Shown here piece by piece: positions 58,601 to 64,000 of a stretch of DNA of 64,000 nt; the stretch's first letter is position 1, and the number at the start of each line of letters is the position of its first letter. The stretch covers positions 118,226 to 182,225 of the forward strand of contig DAIDJN010000056.1 of the NCBI GenBank assembly GCA_027451365.1, read 5' to 3'. A model generated the notes under the pieces. That model was not told where the DNA came from. It searched no databases and saw only the letters and a list, made by a program, of their open reading frames with translations. The position numbers were made by a program, and so were the translations under genes. This stretch comes from Phycisphaerales bacterium. GTDB taxonomy: Bacteria > Planctomycetota > Phycisphaerae > WQYP01.

Positions 58601-58888
58601 TCAGTGAAGCCGCGGTGCCTTGAACGCCCGATTCAGATTTTCCGCATTCACCAGCACCAGGCGATTACCGTTCAGGCTGTAAATCAGCATCAGTCCGTCG
58701 CGGTTATCAATCACATTCAGAATTTCCACGTTGCCGAAAGCAACGCTGGAAGTCAGAAGCGAAATATCCGAACCGGTGGCCAGCACATCGCCATAGGCCG
58801 GCTTGCGGGCGCTGTCATTAAGCACCAGAAGGGCAAGCACCAGTGCGGTAACGGTCAGAAATCCGATAATGATGGAATTGCTTTTCAT
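58601..58888 (-). CDS. Small exported hypothetical protein
   Basis: N-terminal hydrophobic helix; beta-rich LNVIDNRDGLMLIY; GGAG upstream. Confidence 0.7.
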   Translation of the reverse strand: MKSNSIIIGFLTVTALVLALLVLNDSARKPAYGDVLATGSDISLLTSSVAFGNVEILNVIDNRDGLMLIYSLNGNRLVLVNAENLNRAFKAPRLH

Positions 58889-58983
58889 GGAACAAGACTC
58901 CAATACACTTTTCTGTCTGTCAGCGGCGGCCTGTTAGTCCGCGGCAATCCGCGGGGCAGGCGACGCAACAACCGTTGGGGGAT

Positions 58984-59283
58984 TTATCGCATCCGCAGTT
59001 TGATCCGTTTGATGTCCTTGGTAATGCTGTGGGGAACAATGGCCATTGGATTTCGTGGATTCGCCTGCGTGTAGACATAGCCGCCCATCACACCGGTATC
59101 CACATTGTACAGGTACACTACGCCGCCCTGCTGCGCCGTGCCTGATACCGCCATGTAATGGCCACCACGCAGTGCCTGCGCCTGAGCGGTTGGCGTCAGG
59201 CTTGCCCGACCTGCAAGCAGCGCCCCAACCAGCGCCGCATTCACCACCACCAGGCAGATAATCAACCAGCTTCTGGCTTTCAT
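58984..59283 (-). CDS. Small exported hypothetical protein
   Basis: Signal peptide ending AQAQ; VVYLYNVDTGVMGGY; AAGGAG upstream. Confidence 0.72.
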   Translation of the reverse strand: MKARSWLIICLVVVNAALVGALLAGRASLTPTAQAQALRGGHYMAVSGTAQQGGVVYLYNVDTGVMGGYVYTQANPRNPMAIVPHSITKDIKRIKLRMR

Positions 59284-59388
59284 TCGGATCACTCCTTTTA
59301 AGGCCACACCAAATCACCGGCCGGAACAGATTCATCCATCCCGGTACAATACCCCATCTCCGTCGGCCTCCCAGGGCCGCCAATTCAA

Positions 59389-59679
59389 CTATTTCTCTCT
59401 GCCGCCTGAACGCGTTCCGCGGTGGGCACTGCGGAATGTTGCCAGTGTAACTCCCACCAGTCCCAGAAATGCCACCGCATAGGCCTTAAATGGACTGGCA
59501 TGTGTTGTTAATTTTGGAATGTAGGCGGGAATCTGTTTTGATACAAGCTGTGCCTGCACGGGTGAAATCATCCCCGGTAAGCCGCCCGCAGTCAGGGCCA
59601 ATACCACCACAATGGCACCGCTGAGCGCGGCCATACGGCGAATTAAACGGTAAGGGACATTCCGAGCGCTTCTTTTCAT
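59389..59679 (-). CDS. Small membrane protein (signal peptide plus C-terminal TM helix and basic tail)
   Basis: Two hydrophobic segments; ends TFRSAHRGTRSGGREK; co-oriented with neighbours. Confidence 0.55.
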   Translation of the reverse strand: MKRSARNVPYRLIRRMAALSGAIVVVLALTAGGLPGMISPVQAQLVSKQIPAYIPKLTTHASPFKAYAVAFLGLVGVTLATFRSAHRGTRSGGREK

Positions 59680-59865
59680 GCCAACGATGATAAACCGCCG
59701 CGCTGGTAAGTCAATGGCGCGCCCATTTGCCACCATGCCGAATTGAGCCGCGCCACGGGTGCGAAACTCTCCGGTACCACTCGCACCGCCGCCGCAATGC
59801 CCCGCATTTATGTCCGTCTGGCACAACAGCCTGTTACCCTCACCTGGGCCGCTTGAAGGCCGAAT

Positions 59866-60864
59866 TTATTCGGCCTGGCACAACGCCTCCCGCCGCTCAA
59901 CCGCATGATTCCTCCCACCCACACCCACCGCATCTCCATATTTCGGCGGCACCGGCCCTTCCGGAGTGCGGATTCCCGCCGGACCTGTCCCAGCCGTACG
60001 CGTGGCTGCCGCAGCATACCGGCAGAGCCGGACGACGCCATTGTGCACTGTCAGATAGGTGGACGGAATCTCTGTCCAGCAGCCGCTGTTAAAATAAGAA
60101 ACATCCCTTCCCGACGTTTCCACCGCATGATGCGTATGCCCGCATAAAACAATATCGCAGCCCTTTTTCCAACAGTAGGCGATCGACTTTTTCTGAACTT
60201 TATCAATACAATGCAGAAAAGTCTTCGATCGTGCTTTGGCCAGACGGGCAATGTAATGTCGGCGGTCCAGCTTCTGTAGCACGTTGTAAATCAGATCGCC
60301 TGTCCAGGTCAGAATCGGATGATGATCTATAAAGTCATCAAATAGGTGGCCGTGAAGCACCAGCAGTCGCCGGTTCCCGCTGGCAAAAATGAATTCGTCT
60401 CTTACCTCCACCCCCAGAAGATGCGAAAAAAAATCCGCCGGACCATCGTGATTCCCACACGTCCAGATCACTTCCAGTTTATCCGACAGGTGGCGGATCA
60501 TGGAAAGTACCTTCCAGTGTGTCTTGCGCAGGCGGCGGAAGTCTATCGAGTCAAACATGTCACCATTGATAATCAGCCGTCGGGTTCTCAATTCGCCGGC
60601 CAGAATGCTTTCAAGAAACGCCGTTAGCGGCTTGGCCTGGCAGTTGTCGCACCCCAAATGAATATCTGAAATTACCACCGCGTCCAACAGATTTGTATCG
60701 TCTGTCTCCGGACAATCCGCGAACAGGGGACCGCGCGTCTTTGGGCCATCCGCGCGATGTGCGATTCCCCGCCACCCGTTGCGCGGCTCCCGAGATTGCT
60801 CTATCTTTGCCGAAACCGGTGCCTTCGTTTGGCCATCACCAGTGTTTATTAATGCTTCATCCAT
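59866..60864 (-). CDS. Calcineurin-like metallophosphoesterase (LpxH-like UDP-2,3-diacylglucosamine diphosphatase family)
   Basis: ISDIHLG, NGDMFD, GNHD, LHGH.FD, CGHTH, YFNSGCW. Confidence 0.88.
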   Translation of the reverse strand: MDEALINTGDGQTKAPVSAKIEQSREPRNGWRGIAHRADGPKTRGPLFADCPETDDTNLLDAVVISDIHLGCDNCQAKPLTAFLESILAGELRTRRLIINGDMFDSIDFRRLRKTHWKVLSMIRHLSDKLEVIWTCGNHDGPADFFSHLLGVEVRDEFIFASGNRRLLVLHGHLFDDFIDHHPILTWTGDLIYNVLQKLDRRHYIARLAKARSKTFLHCIDKVQKKSIAYCWKKGCDIVLCGHTHHAVETSGRDVSYFNSGCWTEIPSTYLTVHNGVVRLCRYAAAATRTAGTGPAGIRTPEGPVPPKYGDAVGVGGRNHAVERREALCQAE

Positions 60865-60938
60865 GAATCGGAAATTACCGCGCTGGTGTGTGCAAACGGT
60901 AAGCGGAATGTGAGAATTTCAACAAGATGCGCCCGCGA

Positions 60939-62498
60939 TTATATTCCTTTTTTTAAATCATGAATCCATGAAAGCAGCCTGCCCGCCGCGGTTTCCTTTG
61001 CAGCCGATAATAGCTCCCGCGGCGTTCCACGAGACACGATCTGCCGGTTCTCCAGCACCAGACATTCATCCGCGTACTGCAGCGTATGCGGATCGTGGGA
61101 AGCCAGCAGTGCCACCGCGCCTGTTTGCGCGCCCACCGCCCGTATTGCCCGCAATACCCTTTCCGCAGTCGGTGCGTCCAGTCCCGCGGTCGGTTCATCC
61201 AGCAGCAGCAATGCGGGTCGCCGGGCCAGTGCCCGGGCCAGCGCGGCAAGCTGTCGCTGGCCGCCCGAAAGTTCATACGGATACCGTCCCGCAAGTTCCC
61301 TGATTCCCAGGCCCTCCAGTGCCCCCCGGGCATCCACCGCCTTGCCGTCCGCCAGGCCGATGGCCACATTACCTTCCACCGTCAGGTGATCAAACAATAT
61401 CCCGCCTTGCGGCAGATAGCCTATTGGACGATGATGCGGTGCCGATCGGCCAAACGGCTGCCCATCCGCCGGTATAAGGCCCGCAATCGCGGCCAGCAGT
61501 GTGGTCTTGCCCGCCCCGACCGCCCCCAGCAATACCGTTACGCCGCGAAGTTCAAATTCCGCCTGCATCTGAATAGGTTTATACACATGAATAGATATTA
61601 ATAAGTTACCTGCGGCCCGCCGCGCGCCTTCGGCCGCCGGGTCCCCGGCCCGTAATGCCATCGCGGCGTCCGCTTCCGGATCGCCCTTGGCGCGCCGCCC
61701 GCCATGGCGGCCAAGTCGCCAGATGCCCAGAATCAGCGGAACCGGCAGGCCGATCAAAAGCAGCAGCCAGATCAGGCCAAACACCGCCGACGGTCCCGAA
61801 TCCTGCATATTCACCCACATTTGCACCGGCATTCCATGGGGAAAATAGGCGATCATCAGCGCAATGCCGAATTCGCCCAGTGCCCGCACCCACGCAATTG
61901 CCAGTGCTGCCAGCAGCCCCCGCCGCGCCAGCGGCAGCGTTATTCGCCATGCCGCATCCAGCGGGCCGCGACCGATAGTGCGGGCAAGCTGTCGCTCATT
62001 CTCACCGACACTCTCCAGCGCTACCCGTGCGCCAACCACGTAAAAAGGGCTTGCCGCGTAAAAGCCCGCCAATATCAATGCCGGCCATGAATTCGTCAGC
62101 GATACATCCCAGTGCCGTGCCATGGCTCCCACCATGCTGCGCGGCCCCAGTGCCGTAATCAAAAGCATGCCCATCGCCAGCGGCGGGGTCAGCAATGGAA
62201 CAAATACCAGCAACTCTATCACCCATTTGCCCGCAAACTTTCCATACGCCAGCAGCCAGGCCACCGGTGTGCCCAGCACAACAATCAGTCCCATGTCTGC
62301 CAAGGCGCATAAAACCGATGCCTCCACGGCGCGCCAATCCGACCTGTCCGGATGGCTGGCCGGTTCGCCTGCCCCGGCAATCAGCGGCCAGGCCATCAGC
62401 AACAGGTACAGCGCCGCCAGCAGCCAAAGTCCAAGTTGCGCCGGCCTACCGTCGTACACCCTGCGCAAGAATTGGTCGAATCGCCCGGACCTCTTCAT
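60939..62498 (-). CDS. Fused molybdate/tungstate ABC permease-ATPase (ModB-ModC-like)
   Basis: PLLTPP, ITLPLARRG, RALGEFG permease motifs, then Walker A GAVGAGKT, LSGGQ, LLLDEP, SHD; start overlaps the upstream stop (ATGA). Confidence 0.9.
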   Translation of the reverse strand: MKRSGRFDQFLRRVYDGRPAQLGLWLLAALYLLLMAWPLIAGAGEPASHPDRSDWRAVEASVLCALADMGLIVVLGTPVAWLLAYGKFAGKWVIELLVFVPLLTPPLAMGMLLITALGPRSMVGAMARHWDVSLTNSWPALILAGFYAASPFYVVGARVALESVGENERQLARTIGRGPLDAAWRITLPLARRGLLAALAIAWVRALGEFGIALMIAYFPHGMPVQMWVNMQDSGPSAVFGLIWLLLLIGLPVPLILGIWRLGRHGGRRAKGDPEADAAMALRAGDPAAEGARRAAGNLLISIHVYKPIQMQAEFELRGVTVLLGAVGAGKTTLLAAIAGLIPADGQPFGRSAPHHRPIGYLPQGGILFDHLTVEGNVAIGLADGKAVDARGALEGLGIRELAGRYPYELSGGQRQLAALARALARRPALLLLDEPTAGLDAPTAERVLRAIRAVGAQTGAVALLASHDPHTLQYADECLVLENRQIVSRGTPRELLSAAKETAAGRLLSWIHDLKKGI

Positions 62499-63508
62499 GA
62501 CTGTTTTTTTCCCGCGCGTTGTTTCACCAGTATCGGAATGTACCCTGCGGACCGGAACATGCCCTGACACGTTTTAGACCTTAGAAACCGCACGAAAGAT
62601 TCCGCCAATCGCTTGTTTTCCGCACGCCGCAGCACGGCCGCATAAAACACCAGAGGCTGCGCGCGGCACACAATTATTTTATGATGCGCCGCCGCCATGT
62701 TGAATCGCGCCCGGCGGTACCATTTGGCGTCCATCGCCGGATAGCCAAGATTCACCTGTTCCGGCAGCCGGATGAACGGCAGATGGTTTGCCGCCGCCTG
62801 CGATTGATACGTGATGCAGGCATCCACCTGGCCAGCCTGCAACCGGAACATAAGGGATGATTCGGTGAATATCTGTGCCGGATTTTCCAGTGGTCCCATG
62901 ATTCTTCTCGCCAACCCCGCCTGCCGGTAATACCGCTCCGCCAGCTTAAGTGACAGAACCGTGCTCCGGCCTTGCGGATCGGTCCGCGGATCCGTGCGGC
63001 CAAATCGCAAATGATGTTGCAGCAACACCTGGTACCAAGGCTCACCAGGGTTCCCGGCCGCCTGAAAAAGTTTTGCCGCCGGTCCGCGCGGGCAATACGC
63101 CAGCACCATGCAGGTCCGTGCAATCGGCACAGGTTTGCCCGAAATCTGGCCCGGCTGAAGCAGTTTCAGCGGCGCGCGGGTAACCGGAATAAATACATCC
63201 GACTCAATTTCCCCGGCGGCCAGTTGCCGGGCCAAACCGATCGCACCGCGTCCCGTGCCCCTTACAGTTGTGTGATTTAGCTTTTCGAATGCGGGGAATA
63301 TCTGCCGGTCCATCACCGCTCCCATGGAACCGGCATAGCAGACCCGCAAAATCGGCGACTGGCCGTCGGCTCGGCGGTTCGCCGCCGGGACCCACACCGC
63401 CGCCAGTATCAGCACCGCCATGCCTGGCCCGCGATGGCCGGATGCCCATCGGATGCCGCCCCACATTAAATGTGCATTTGCGCCAGAACGTTTCATTCGT
63501 GAAAACAT
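62495..63508 (-). CDS. Molybdate/tungstate-binding periplasmic protein (ModA/WtpA-like)
   Basis: YAGSM, DVFI, GRTDP.TDPQG, YQSQA, LPEQVNLG; first gene of the ABC pair. Confidence 0.85.
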   Translation of the reverse strand: MFSRMKRSGANAHLMWGGIRWASGHRGPGMAVLILAAVWVPAANRRADGQSPILRVCYAGSMGAVMDRQIFPAFEKLNHTTVRGTGRGAIGLARQLAAGEIESDVFIPVTRAPLKLLQPGQISGKPVPIARTCMVLAYCPRGPAAKLFQAAGNPGEPWYQVLLQHHLRFGRTDPRTDPQGRSTVLSLKLAERYYRQAGLARRIMGPLENPAQIFTESSLMFRLQAGQVDACITYQSQAAANHLPFIRLPEQVNLGYPAMDAKWYRRARFNMAAAHHKIIVCRAQPLVFYAAVLRRAENKRLAESFVRFLRSKTCQGMFRSAGYIPILVKQRAGKKQS

Positions 63509-63754
63509 GTCCGAACTCCGGAATAACTTTGGCAGGCTGTGGATGTCTTCACCGCCATCCGCCCAGTCCGTCGCCAGTTATTCTAACCTCAATGGTCAAT
63601 CGGTTGGCCACACACGCAAAAAACCGTGAATCACCAACTTCACCGTTGTGGGTGAACATCGTTGTTTTAACGTTGCTTCTGACTGCCGCATTCAAAATAA
63701 AGCGATGCACCAACCTGTCTTCCGCCTCAAATTGCTTCCCTGCGATCAAATCTC

Positions 63755-63987
63755 AACTCACTGCTGTTCGTCGGCTTGCAGCGGGGTGAGCCAGACCGCC
63801 GCCGTCTTGGCCAGTATGACCAGCAGCCTGCCGACGCCACCAGATGGACCCTCGGTTGCACCTGACCCAACTGCTGGCCAACCTGCCCACCACACCAAAG
63901 GACCAGCTTAGCCTTTGGCTGCCGGACGCCTGGAAACACAGGCAACTGGCGGAAAACAAAAGCGTCCTGCTGACAGAGCCGAAATAA
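63755..63987 (+). pseudogene. IS66-family transposase (TnpC) C-terminal remnant with two frameshifts
   Basis: Pieced translation NSLLFVG...G / QTAAVLASMTSS / CRRHQMDPRLHLTQLLANLP...LSLWLPDAWK...stop matches the IS66 C-terminal pattern (LF.G...G..AA...S...C.....P..YL..LL..LP....WLP..W). Confidence 0.8.
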
Positions 63988-64000
63988 CGGCGGACTTCTC

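Noticed and set aside
63549..63749. 66-aa minus-strand ORF beside the IS remnant
   Set aside because: No recognisable motif or clear RBS; may be a gene fragment but cannot be supported.

Overview
A 64-kb bacterial chromosomal window of moderately high GC. The most likely source is a Planctomycetota (Phycisphaerae-like) organism, possibly an acidophile. This is inferred from a DUF1559-type prepilin-like protein, six PEP-CTERM proteins, a PurS-like/PurL fusion, many Tat-exported glycoside hydrolases and a rusticyanin homologue. Housekeeping genes (birA, uppP, tyrA, purL, ispG, ffh, bioB) are interspersed with accessory modules: a five-gene copper cluster (TolC, two-domain multicopper oxidase, rusticyanin-like cupredoxin), CAZymes (GH16-FN3-malectin, GH43-like, GH78, GH5, GH2, GH92), a GbsR-type regulator with two operator-like palindromes, a tandem array of four PEP-CTERM proteins including two probable proteases, a Mo/W ABC transporter with fused permease-ATPase, and an IS66 transposase remnant at the right edge. 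The best candidate for an undescribed system is 43743-48775. There a perfect sigma-28 consensus promoter precedes a PEP-CTERM acid phosphatase, a long-leader PEP-CTERM protein and a sulfotransferase, divergent from an alkaline-phosphatase-superfamily TPR protein. No rRNA, tRNA or CRISPR array was recognised. All family calls come from motif recognition by eye; no database search was run.
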